Below, piece after piece: positions 28,274 through 38,531 of a stretch of DNA of 64,000 nucleotides. The stretch lies in assembly GCA_044892505.1 (NCBI GenBank), contig CM097883.1, forward strand, positions 172,670,001 through 172,734,000, read 5' to 3'. The notes under the pieces were generated by a model that worked only from the letters and a program-made list of their open reading frames with translations, made no database searches and was not told the origin of the DNA. Positions within the stretch are counted from its first letter, which is position 1, and each line of letters opens with the position of its first letter. The position numbers and the translations under genes are program-made. Source of the DNA: Schmidtea nova. Lineage: Eukaryota.

Positions 28274-28411
28274 TGACTCATCGTTAAACAAAGACATATG
28301 ACTCATCGATGACTCATAACAAAGACAATGAGTCACCCTACCCCCAATCCCCAATGACTCATTTTCTTTGTTATGACTCATTTTAAATTTTATGACGTCA
28401 TCGATGACTCA
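28274..28411. promoter_or_regulatory. Cluster of 7 TGA(C/G)TCA (AP-1-type) sites plus one TGACGTCA (CRE-type) site
   Basis: Sites at 28274, 28299, 28310, 28329, 28355, 28374 and 28405; CRE at 28393. Function is inferred only. Confidence 0.5.
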
Positions 28412-28786
28412 TTTCAAATCCAAATTTTAAATTGGAATTTCCAAAGGTCAAATAAGGTCAAACCTTGAAACAAGGGTATCATTCGAAAGGTCTTGGAGAG
28501 GTCTATACAATAGTCATACCCTCGAGGGTTTATGTAGGGTCCTGAACCTTCAAGGGGTCTGAAACCTTCAACCTTTTTCAATTTTTATAATATACATATC
28601 ATTCGAAAGGTCATTGAGAGGTAAGTATGATGGTTATACCCTTGAAGGTGTATGGTGTGTGCTCGACCTTCAAATGGTGTAAAACCTTCAAACCTTACAA
28701 GTTATATATCAAACAAAAGGTAATTGTCAGACGAGTATGGTGTGTGTGTTATGTAATTTTTTCAACGACTATTTCCTACCCCAATT

Positions 28787-28868
28787 CATGTGCAACGAAA
28801 CAAAGACATTGCAATCCATGTGCAACGAAACAAAGACATTGCAATCCATGTACAACAAAACAAAGACT
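28787..28868. repeat. 30-bp tandem repeat, about 2.7 copies (catgtgcaacgaaacaaagacattgcaatc)
   Basis: Direct reading. Confidence 0.9.
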
Positions 28869-29410
28869 AATGAAATTTTATTTATAAATATATTGTTGCG
28901 AAAGTGTACAAAACTTTGATTCTAAATTATTACTAGGAACATTATTTGTAGGCATATTATTCATAGATATATTATTTATAGAAATATTATTTATAGGAAT
29001 TTTATTCTTATTAATATTCTCTAACCTTATATATGTTGATAATATCAAGATCACTATTAATATGAATAAACTTATGTAATGTAAAACTATCGATGTTTTT
29101 TCGTTTTCTATTTCAGCTCTTTGATTTTGACATCTGACACTTTCATATTGTTTTTTATTAAATGTTTTATTTGACAAATTTTGACAAATTTACTCTTCCC
29201 GTAAAGACTGTTATTTAACAATTTATAAAAATCTTTATCTAGCTTCGTGATGGAAGAAGCTCTCAAAGCAGTATTCGTGTCCACGTATTTTTTAAATAGT
29301 TTACTCTGGTGAAATTATAGCCCTATGAATTTTTGTCACTACAACTCCCAATTTCAAGAACATCTGTAAAAGCCGCCAATGAAGCACATAATTTTTCTTA
29401 TTTAAATGTG

Positions 29411-30615
29411 TCAAAAGCAACTTTCCACTTTCGAACCAGGTGCACACATCTTTTCAGCGGCTACTGGTAAATCATCCAGTAAGTCGTGAATTGATGCCGG
29501 TATTTCTAAATCAACTTCTACAGTATAACCATAGTTAAGCTGACATAAATCTACCGTTGTGCATTCCAACAAGATATTTTCAAGTAATTGGTCATCCGTG
29601 ACCCAAACAAAGTCCCGGTCCGGTAAGTTTTGTGAAAGAGCCCAGCCATACAGATTATTAATATCTTTGTACAGCAACTCTGTATCTGAGCTCGTTTGCA
29701 CATGATGTTTATTAACGAAAGTAAGGCCGCCTCTGATTCCACCTTCAAAAAAGTTGTACATCTCCATATCGGTCAAAAGCTCGATAGGAGATTCTAACGT
29801 CATTAAAGCAGAACACCAACTCATACCAGGTATACCTAAAAAATTCAAAGGCTCAAGTTTGTTATGAGCTATACTTTTTGTACGAAATTGTTGAAAATAA
29901 TCAGCCAACAGAAATATGTCAAGTTTCATGTAAACCATCATATAATCAAATAATGAGTTACAAGAATTTTCTCTCCATATTTCTTTTGCCTTTTCATAAT
30001 CAACAATATCGACACCTTCCCAAATTGGTGGCAATTCAAGAGTCGACCTCAATACATCTAAAGAAGTGGCAACGTCGTAAGGAAAAATCCCCTTACTATT
30101 TATCATGTTTCCAGTAAATTCAGAAGAAGTCAGAGGAAAAGATGACAACGTTTTCACTAAAGAATCTAAAGACTGACTAGCAAATTGATAAGAGTCAATG
30201 AACTTAACTGTGAGTGATCCTATTCTCGCAAAAAGACTGAGAAACTTTTCACTGCTGACATGAACACAGCTAATGTTCCAAGACTCATATTTTGAAAGGC
30301 CGAATTTGAGAATATGATGTAAATCATACCCTCTTAAATTGTGAAATACTATAGGCAAAGTGTGTATAATTTGCCGAGATATGTTACATTTTTTGCACGC
30401 TGCTCCAAGATAAGCACCTGTAAAGTGATCGTGATCTTTAACAGGATTTTCTAATACTTTTTCACACAAGTAGCAGTATGTTGCATTTGAAAAGTTTTGC
30501 ATGTCATCATAAGTTAAAATAATACTTTTGTTGGAATTTTTATAATAAAAGGGTGTTACAATTTTGCGACTTATATTTTCGATCTCGTGTAGAAATTGTT
30601 CAACACAATCTAGTC
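29411..30615 (-). pseudogene. Polinton protein-primed PolB, central part (continuous with 62376-63075 before the hAT insertion)
   Basis: DHDHFTG.Y.GAAC..CN, FHNLRGYD.H, KFIDSYQF, KGIFPYD, GIRGG, YKDINNLYGWAL motifs. C-terminus truncated. Confidence 0.92.
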
Positions 30616-32052
30616 CAGGGATGCCCAAAGTACGGCCATCTGGCCGCATGCGGCCAGATTTACTTTTTTATGTGGCCAGTTTTACTTTATTTCGTTACAC
30701 GTTGTTTTGAAAAAGTAGAATCGATTTATGATTTCTATAAATCCATATTTTCTCGATATCCCCTATAAAAAAATTTCATATAAGAAAAGGTTAAAATAAA
30801 AATCGATTTTTAATTTCCCAAAATCAATAATTTCCTATTTTCGCAAATTGAAAATCGATTTGGCTTAATATCTTTGTAAAGGATATGATCCTATAAGAAA
30901 AGTTTTAAAAAAATCGATTTTTAATTTCCGAAAATCAATTATTTCCTATTGTGAATTTGGAACAAATGGAACAAAAAAAAGTATGGTCAATATGGAAATT
31001 GAAATTAAATGGAAAATAAAACTACTTGTTTTAAAAGTTATATAAATTTTTATTGAATAAAAAAATACATATTTGGAATTGTTTATACTTGTACATTTAA
31101 TTAAATCTGGCAATTGTAAGGTTGAATTATTTATTAATATTAAAATTAAATAATAAATAAATTTACGTCTTGTAGATAAAAATGAATGAAAAAAACGTAA
31201 GTTAAAAGATGAAAACTGCTCATTTCAAGAATCTTGGACCACCGACTTTTTTGTTGAACCAAAAGGTGTTGGCGTTATATGCTTGATTTGTGATGCAGTT
31301 ATTATTCTCAAAGGATATAATATTAAAGAACATTTTTCTAATAAACACAAACAAAAATATGACAAACTTTCAACTCAACAACGTGAATGTGAATTAAAAA
31401 AATTGCGTAAACAAAAAAACTTTCAGCAAAACCTTTTTGTACGTTGTAATGATGAATGTGAAGGCATAAAGTTAGCTAGTATTATAGTTTCTCAGCAAAT
31501 TGCAAAAAGATTAAAGCCGCATTCGGATGGTGAATTTATAAAAGATTGTCTGATTTCAGTTGCAGGTGTTCTAGTTCCTGATAAGGTTAAAATTTTTAAG
31601 CAGATTAATTTATCAAGAAATACAGTTTGTCGCAGGATTACAGATATTTCTACAAAAATTGAAGACACTTTGATAAGTATGTTGGGCCAGCCAAATCGAG
31701 CAGCATCTGAAAATAATACACAATCAATAAAATAAATTTACAACAGAATAACAACAAAATAAATTACCAACACCAAAGCGTAACAAAATAGGCGGCAACA
31801 TCTAAAAGAAATAAAATATAAATCAAACAACAAAAATCTTCAAAACTCACTCATGCGAAGCAGAAAAAATTGGAATATGACAGCGCGTGGGCGGATGTCA
31901 CCAAAGACCTAAAACAAAAATAAAATAAAATAAATTGATGACTAAGAAAAACTTACCGCATGATTAACCAAACAAATCGGCAAGTTAAGTTAGGCACCAA
32001 AAAGCCGGCAACACAAAATAATGAATCAAACATACACACATACTCGATGCTG

Positions 32053-32191
32053 ATTGGCTAACCAACAACACCGGTTGAGTATAAATACTGAAGTAAAATC
32101 AGTATTTGACAATGTCATTTTTACTGAGTGTGAGTAACAGTAGCAACTTGTAGACAACTTGTGAAGCAGTAAATTGGAATAAAAGGTAATT
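32053..32191 (+). promoter_or_regulatory. Candidate LTR core promoter and first splice donor
   Basis: ATTGG (reverse CCAAT) at 32053, TATAAATA at 32080-32087, TCAGT Inr-like at 32099, AATAAA at 32178-32183, AAG|GTAATT donor-like site at 32186. Confidence 0.5.
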
Positions 32192-33112
32192 TCGAGTTGC
32201 ATTCTTATTGATTTAAACCCTCATAATTTTCATTGTTAATCATGATAAAATCCATAAGGTTTTCCGGAGGCCTAACAGCCTGACGGATTCTTGGGGCCTC
32301 TCAGCGCAACACAATCTTTCGGTTGTGAGGTGCTGATGCGGCGGGACCATAGGTGTTCTAAATATTTAACAAGCGGAAGGGGGAAGGGCACATCGGATAT
32401 CTCATGCCATCGCAACATCAGTATGGGTAGAAGCGATTGAAGGGCGTATCATCCGTCACGACAACATCGAGTACATGGGTTTACATAAAAGAAGTGTTGA
32501 TAGACAAAAGTGTTCAGCGTTCGTGAAGTCCAGTAGAGTAACGACGGTTTGGTGCAAAGGGTTAGTATGGAGATATACACTACATAGGTCAGGTGAGTTC
32601 GGAGGCTGACAGAGCTAGCGTCGGAGTAAAACCATGAATCCACAGGATGCCCCAACATATATACGCCTCACGAAGGGTACACAGGATAGTCCCACGAAAT
32701 ATAATACGAGCACAATCTGTACCCAATTAACCTGAGTAAGGGGTCGAACAAGTTCCCCGGATGATGTGACCATTGTTAATTGAAAATGAGGTATGGAGAT
32801 AACACCTGAGATGCGAGTGAGTATGATTGCTGTAGATATAAACCAAAATGGTCTCTGAAATGATGATATTCAAACATAATAAATGATCAAGTGATCATCA
32901 TAAATGAATACAGATCGTCATAAACTACACTGAATTTTTGCGTGGCCAAACCAGTTAAGCAACTTGACATAGTGAATACACTCAACCACATGACGATAAC
33001 ATACAACCTACCTACTATCTTGAACATCGAACCGATCTAACACTGAAACACCAACGGCAACCTACAGAGTTTTACTCTTGAGTCGAGTAGGTCGCCGATT
33101 ATAAATAATTGC

Positions 33113-33781
33113 ATGCACCTAACCAATTCATCACAATCACATCTTCTTGTCTTCAGAAAAATGATCAAGACCGAAGAATATCAAAGAAGTCCGAGCACCT
33201 ATCGACAGATGAAAATGGAAGATTATGTCGGCCGGGAACCACGACGCATCCGTTCCGTCGTCCGGCCAAGGAGGTTCCCTACCATCGAGGGAGAAGTGGA
33301 AGCCCCACGCAGAATTAGCGAAACTGCGCGTCGCCACCTACGACGGTGGACAAGACACCATATGAGTGCAGCCGCAGATGTTCCGGCTTGCGCCTTCACG
33401 ATACAATTACGATGGGAAGGAGACCCCGATTGGATGTCCACCATGGACCCTGCCGAACCAAGGACCGATAGATGGTTCTTCCAATTTCTCGACGAGCAGA
33501 GACGACCCCGCTGGGTATTGAGCAATGGAATGATGACCGGAAGGGCTCTTTTCCAATTAGGATACCTGCTGCTAGACAGGCCTCGGTGTCGCTACACTGA
33601 GGAAGTCTTCACTTATTCCAATGCACCAGGAAGTGTTTCCGTAGAACAACACCCCGAGCCCAAGGAGCTTCACCTCTGGGAGGTGTTTATCTACAAAGAT
33701 AAGCTGAGTTGGACCCAGCCCCAGAAATGTATTGGGAGAATGGAATTCGTCGCGACGAGCATCCTGCCGATCAGGAATTGA
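33113..33781 (+). CDS. LTR-encoded ORF-A, unknown function (likely start ATG 33161); second copy at 59184-59852
   Basis: 222-codon ORF, Trp/Arg-rich. ATG 33161 follows TCTTCTTGTCTTCAG|AAAA. Confidence 0.55.
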   Translation: MHLTNSSQSHLLVFRKMIKTEEYQRSPSTYRQMKMEDYVGREPRRIRSVVRPRRFPTIEGEVEAPRRISETARRHLRRWTRHHMSAAADVPACAFTIQLRWEGDPDWMSTMDPAEPRTDRWFFQFLDEQRRPRWVLSNGMMTGRALFQLGYLLLDRPRCRYTEEVFTYSNAPGSVSVEQHPEPKELHLWEVFIYKDKLSWTQPQKCIGRMEFVATSILPIRN

Positions 33782-33941
33782 GGACATTCAGTTGATTGAT
33801 ACCGAGAAAGAATGATTGTCTTAGATATTGAAATATATGTATTGGTGTGTGACGGTCTTGTTTTGTTTTGAGTGCATGAGAACAACCTAAGGATAAGGTA
33901 GAGTTGTTTAATGACGATAGGATGACCGAAAAATCAGACAC

Positions 33942-34541
33942 ATGACATATACTAACATTAATGATATATTTACAGACATGACGGAAACCAAGGGCAGAGA
34001 TTTCAAGCAAGAGGCGCGAGAACACAAGGCGCGCTCACGAGTCCTGGAGAATCGATTAAGGCAGCTGAATGAGGAGCATCAGCGGATTAAGACTACATGG
34101 TTTAACCCAGAGCGGGTTAAGTCCATCCTGCAGGCTAGGTACAGGGCAGAACGAGTAGCTGAGGAACATGCCAGAGAGATTGCAGCCCTGAAATTAGAGT
34201 TGGCGAATTATTTGAAGGTATCGACTCGCGACTTCATTACCGAACAACTACGCCCAGTGATCAGAGCTAGCACCTTTAATCGATGGATAGACACGATAGC
34301 GGTGACCACGAGCACCCAAACAGAGACCGATACCATCGCAACCACGACGATCGAATCAACAATGAAAACTCCAGCCGGTTCGAAACGAACAAAGAGGAGG
34401 AATCGCTTAGGAGCGAAAAAGCGCAGGGAAAGACGCGCATATGCAGATCGCGTAGGAATAGAGGTAGACTTGCTCAGTGGTCTATCTGAGCAAGAACTAC
34501 TAAATGTAATCCGACCCTCTGTATTATTAAACCATAAATAA
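33942..34541 (+). CDS. LTR-encoded ORF-B: coiled coil plus arginine-rich motif (likely start ATG 33978); second copy at 60013-60612
   Basis: 199-codon ORF with KRTKRRNRLGAKKRRERR. AATAAA overlaps the stop and is followed by a GT/T-rich tract. Confidence 0.6.
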   Translation: MTYTNINDIFTDMTETKGRDFKQEAREHKARSRVLENRLRQLNEEHQRIKTTWFNPERVKSILQARYRAERVAEEHAREIAALKLELANYLKVSTRDFITEQLRPVIRASTFNRWIDTIAVTTSTQTETDTIATTTIESTMKTPAGSKRTKRRNRLGAKKRRERRAYADRVGIEVDLLSGLSEQELLNVIRPSVLLNHK

Positions 34542-34932
34542 ATGTATGAAACGAATGACTTGACTTGTTTTGTTTGATTGTGGAATGTTTGAGAATTGAA
34601 TGTAGATAAAACCCGGATTCATTTAAAGCTGCAGATATCTAAAAAGTACATTACCCTAGGACACTAGAAAGGAGCATAAGTGGGACCGAAAGAAAGCCAC
34701 AGACACCTTCTATCGGTAGTGGTGGACCCGTGAATAAACAAGGGAATAGTAGCCGAAAGGTTGCTCACCTGCCTTGTCATTTCACAACGTTGACACAGCA
34801 CCAACATGATGAGTAGTTAGGGATACATCATGGGTGTCAGCGGGGGAATGTTTTTATGTTGGCGAGATCACCCTAACATATAAAATCATAAGGATCTCAG
34901 TTGTCAATCTAACCAACACACCAGCATAAATT

Positions 34933-34950
34933 TGGGGGCTCAGCCGGGAT
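34933..34950 (+). other. Primer-binding site, tRNA-Pro type
   Basis: TGGGGGCTCAGCCGGGAT matches the classical PBS-Pro TGGGGGCTCGTCCGGGAT at 16/18 positions. Starts 6 nt after the LTR end. Confidence 0.85.
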
Positions 34951-35465
34951 TAAATCGATCTTTGTGGGAAAAAGTGAATGCGATATCTGCGGACAGTTTA
35001 GAGCGCCTGAACCGGGATGAATTGAATTTAGCGAGGAAAGGTAAAGTAAATAATAACAGAGGGTTTAAGTGTCCTGAAGCAAGAATGAATCGGGTTGAAA
35101 AATAATAAATAAAAGTATGAGTGTAAAATAATGAGATTGATGAACGTGATGAAAGTATGCATGAGAATGAAAGTATGAGGACGAATGAAGCATGATGACT
35201 AGTATGTGGAATAACAGTATGAAAAGTGATGAAAAGTATGCATGACGTAAGGTAAAAGTATGCTGAAAAATGGGTATGGTATGAGTGCGAGTAACTAACA
35301 ATGATCATGTCGGGGCGACATTCAAGAACACGGGGGGATACGCAAGTAACGACGCAAAACCGAACAACAGAAAGCGAACAGTAGGGCTACCATAGAATAA
35401 GAATGATAAATAATAAAAAAAAAAAAAAAAATCGATAACAAAATTAATGAGAATTCATTCAGGGG

Positions 35466-35924
35466 ATGGAGAACAAAATAAAAGAAATGCAAACGTTTTT
35501 CGAGACAAATAACGAGACAGTGGAGACAATAACGAGAAAGTTAAAACGACTCGAGGTAGGAGGATATCACGAGCCGACAAACAACACAGAAAGAGCTGAA
35601 ATAATGATGAGCATAAGCGAGAATAAGATAACAGTGGATACAGCAACACGATATCAATGGTATAGAGAAAGATTAAACAACCCTGAGATGAATATCGAGT
35701 GCCACAGACTAGAGCAACAGTTAACAACAAAACACGATGAGTGGATAAGAATAACAACAGAACATACGAGACAATATCTGACGTGTTATATCTGTGAAAT
35801 GAACAAAATACAGATAATGTTGTTGCCATGTGGGCATTTTCGATTCTGTAATGACTGTAAAATAAATGAACGATGTCCTATGTGCAACCTTCCCGTATCC
35901 GAAAGAATAACAGTGTACTTGTAA
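35466..35924 (+). CDS. Accessory protein with C-terminal IAP/MDM2-type C3HC4 RING (candidate E3 ligase); no BIR seen
   Basis: CYICEMNKIQIMLLPCGHFRFCNDCKINERCPMCNLPVSERITVYL at the extreme C-terminus. AATAAA at 35929. Confidence 0.8.
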   Translation: MENKIKEMQTFFETNNETVETITRKLKRLEVGGYHEPTNNTERAEIMMSISENKITVDTATRYQWYRERLNNPEMNIECHRLEQQLTTKHDEWIRITTEHTRQYLTCYICEMNKIQIMLLPCGHFRFCNDCKINERCPMCNLPVSERITVYL

Positions 35925-36618
35925 TAGAAATAAAGTTTTGAACAAGTGCAGTTGTTATTGAAATTATGAGGGTTTAATAATGATTTGGTAAAAATGACCT
36001 AAGTAATCATGAGCTACTTATGAGTAGTCCGATAAGCACCCATTGGGGGGAACCAACTGATCAACTTACCCGAGATGTGTAGAAAGGGGCCAATCGCGGA
36101 TATTGGAAAGCTCTTGTGATGTGACTGATCACCACATCGTGCATCAGTGGACCAATGCGATCTTTTTATATATTTTGGTTGGGGTGAAAGGTAGGGACAA
36201 CTCAATGAGGTTTAGGCGCGCGCAGAAAAACTATAAAAATAGGATGTTAAAACTGATCAGTAGAGAAAGAGAGTGAGGAAATGAATAATAAAAGTGGATA
36301 AATGTGGTATATGATGAAAGGCACGTAATCAGCTCGCATAAGGTAAAATCAAGTAGAGAGGTTGACGAATCAATAATAGAATAAAGGGGTGTAATAGATG
36401 AACCGAGTTAATGGAAAACTCGAGGTTAAATGAATTCCTTGAAAGAAAGGAAATGATAAAAGGGGTCCTAAAGAGAAAGGATTTGCCCATAGTTCTTGAA
36501 AGATAGAACTTAACGAAACGCGACAATAGATTCTCCGAAGAAGCATAAGTGACCACTGGGAGGAACATCCCGAAGCAACACATGCAACCACTGAGAGATG
36601 ATATTTCGAGTTTTCGTT

Positions 36619-37180
36619 CGTGAGCATAGGTCTCATAGTGAGCATAGGTCTCGTCATAAAAATAACATCCTAGTGAGCATAGGTCTCGTCATAAAACATA
36701 ACATCCTAGTGAGCATAGTTCTCGTCAGTGAGCATAGTTCTCGTAGTGAGCAGAGTTCTCATTTAATAAACACAAGACCAGCGAACCTAGTCCTCATCAG
36801 TGAGCGTAGTTCTCATCAATAAACATAGCCATCGTAGTGAGCGTAGTTCTCATCAGGAAACATAATTCCTGTAGTCACCATCAGTGAGCGTAGTTCTCAT
36901 CGGGGAACATAGTCCCCAGGGCAAAGAGTTTCCATCAGTAAGCAAAACCCTCATAACAACCATGTTTTGCCAGTGAGCATAGTTCTCGTTAGTGAGCATA
37001 GTTCTCGTCAGTGAGCATAGTTCTCGTCAGTGAGCATAGTTCTCGTCAGTGAGCATAGTTCTCGTCAGTGAGCATAGTTCTCGTCAGTGAGCATAGTTCT
37101 CGTCAGTGAGCATAGTTCTCGTCATTGAGCATAGTTCTCGTTAGTGAGCATAGTTCTCAGCTGTGAGCATAGTTCTCGTT
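36619..37180 (+). repeat. 19-bp repeat family AGTGAGCATAGTTCTCGTC: about 9 dispersed copies, then 11 tandem copies (36972-37180)
   Basis: Direct counting. Confidence 0.95.
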
Positions 37181-37504
37181 CGAAATAAAATATTGAGTAA
37201 AAGCCCACGAGAAAGACGACGAAGTGAGGCAGATGAGGACTAAATTACGTATAAAACTATCCGGATAGTGAAGATCAACAAGCGATAATAGAGATGAATA
37301 AGTGACAATGAGGATAAATGATGAATAGTGAAAATGAATAGCGAATAATGAGGAATAAGGGTTGAAAGAAACCGAGGTAATAATGAGAGAGTTGAAGGTG
37401 CGCACCTGGGTATTGATAAATGCGAGTAAAGCTGATTATGTGGCCTAATGATGTTAAAGTATGCATACAGAGGAGTAATAAAGTAAAGTGAGTAAGTGGA
37501 GGGT

Positions 37505-37966
37505 GCTGACTGGAAAACCCAGCAGACCATGAGATTCGATGGGAATAAAATGAAACCGGTTTGTTAAGACAGGTAAAGTGGTAAAGACGCTAGCTGGAAA
37601 ACCCAGCAGGTCAATGATAACGATCAGGAAAGATCGAGATAACAAAAGTGAGTAATAATAAAGTGGTGAAATTGAGGACGCTGACTGGAAGACCCAGCAG
37701 GTCAAAAGTGATGATCATCGGAGTAAAGAGCAGGTAAAAGTCGACAGTGAAGAGATAAAGGATGGATAATAAGAGCGCTGACTGAAAAAACCCAGCAGGC
37801 TAATGAAACGACAAGTGAGGTCGAGAATAATGAAACAGAAGTAAAAGGTGAAATTAAAAGCGCTGACTGGAAAACCCAGCAGGCTAATGAGATAATGAGT
37901 GAAGTTGAGAGAAATAAAGTCGAGATAAAAGGTGAGATTAAAGGCGCTGATTGGAAAGCCCAACAG
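37505..37966 (+). repeat. Six regularly spaced copies of a 21-nt hairpin motif GCTGACTGGAAAACCCAGCAG
   Basis: Starts at 37505, 37589, 37680, 37777, 37862 and 37946 (period 84-97 nt). Confidence 0.92.
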
Positions 37967-38531
37967 GCCAACGAGAGATGTCAGTTGAATTAAAGGTGGG
38001 TGGAGATGAGAATTGAAATGAAGTAGTAAACGTAGTGTGAATAGGAAATAAAGCGAATAGTCGAGAAACAGAGTAGTCGACAGATAAGGGGAAATTAGAA
38101 CTCAGAGCCAGAGAAGCCTGAGAAAAGTAAAGGGGATAATAAGAGCGCTGAGCGACAAAGTAATTGGGGAACTGGGGAAAAGTAATTGGTGTATTTGATA
38201 AAGAATAGATAATTGATGCGACTGCATAGATAATTTAAATAGACTTAAAATCAAGGGAAATGGGAAAAATGGGGATCTTCATGAATTATGACTACACCCG
38301 TGAGAGGGACGAGAAACACGATAACGGGGACGTATCGTGTAAGTGATTATTTGTTTTAAGGAAACAAATCAATCAAGCAATTCAAAGCAATCTAGCAGTC
38401 AGAGCAATCAAAGGAAACAAATCAAAGAAGAAGCAAAGCAAAAGCGGAGTAGAAAATCAGTTGAGAATATAAGAAATTGAGGAATAGACAAAATTGAGGG
38501 ACGAGAAACAAGATCAGGTATAATACCAATC

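Larger units (their letters stand above)
31680..34926 (+). repeat. 5' LTR of the giant element
   Basis: Direct repeat of 57751-60997. All ORF-track translations inside the two copies are identical; one substitution seen in spot checks (32263 T vs 58334 C). Confidence 0.97.

Noticed and set aside
33101-33108. Second TATAAATA just before LTR ORF-A
   Set aside because: Only 4 nt from the first ATG. It could serve ATG 33161, but cannot be distinguished from the splice-acceptor model without data.
35412-35431. AATAAA plus A-run upstream of the RING ORF as a retrocopy poly(A) scar
   Set aside because: It lies 5' of the ORF rather than 3', has no TSD, and A-runs are expected at this composition.
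37505-37966. CRISPR-like appearance of palindromic repeats with spacers
   Set aside because: Eukaryotic retroelement leader with no cas genes. The spacers are 60-75 nt, variable in length and partly homologous to each other, so this is a degenerate tandem array.
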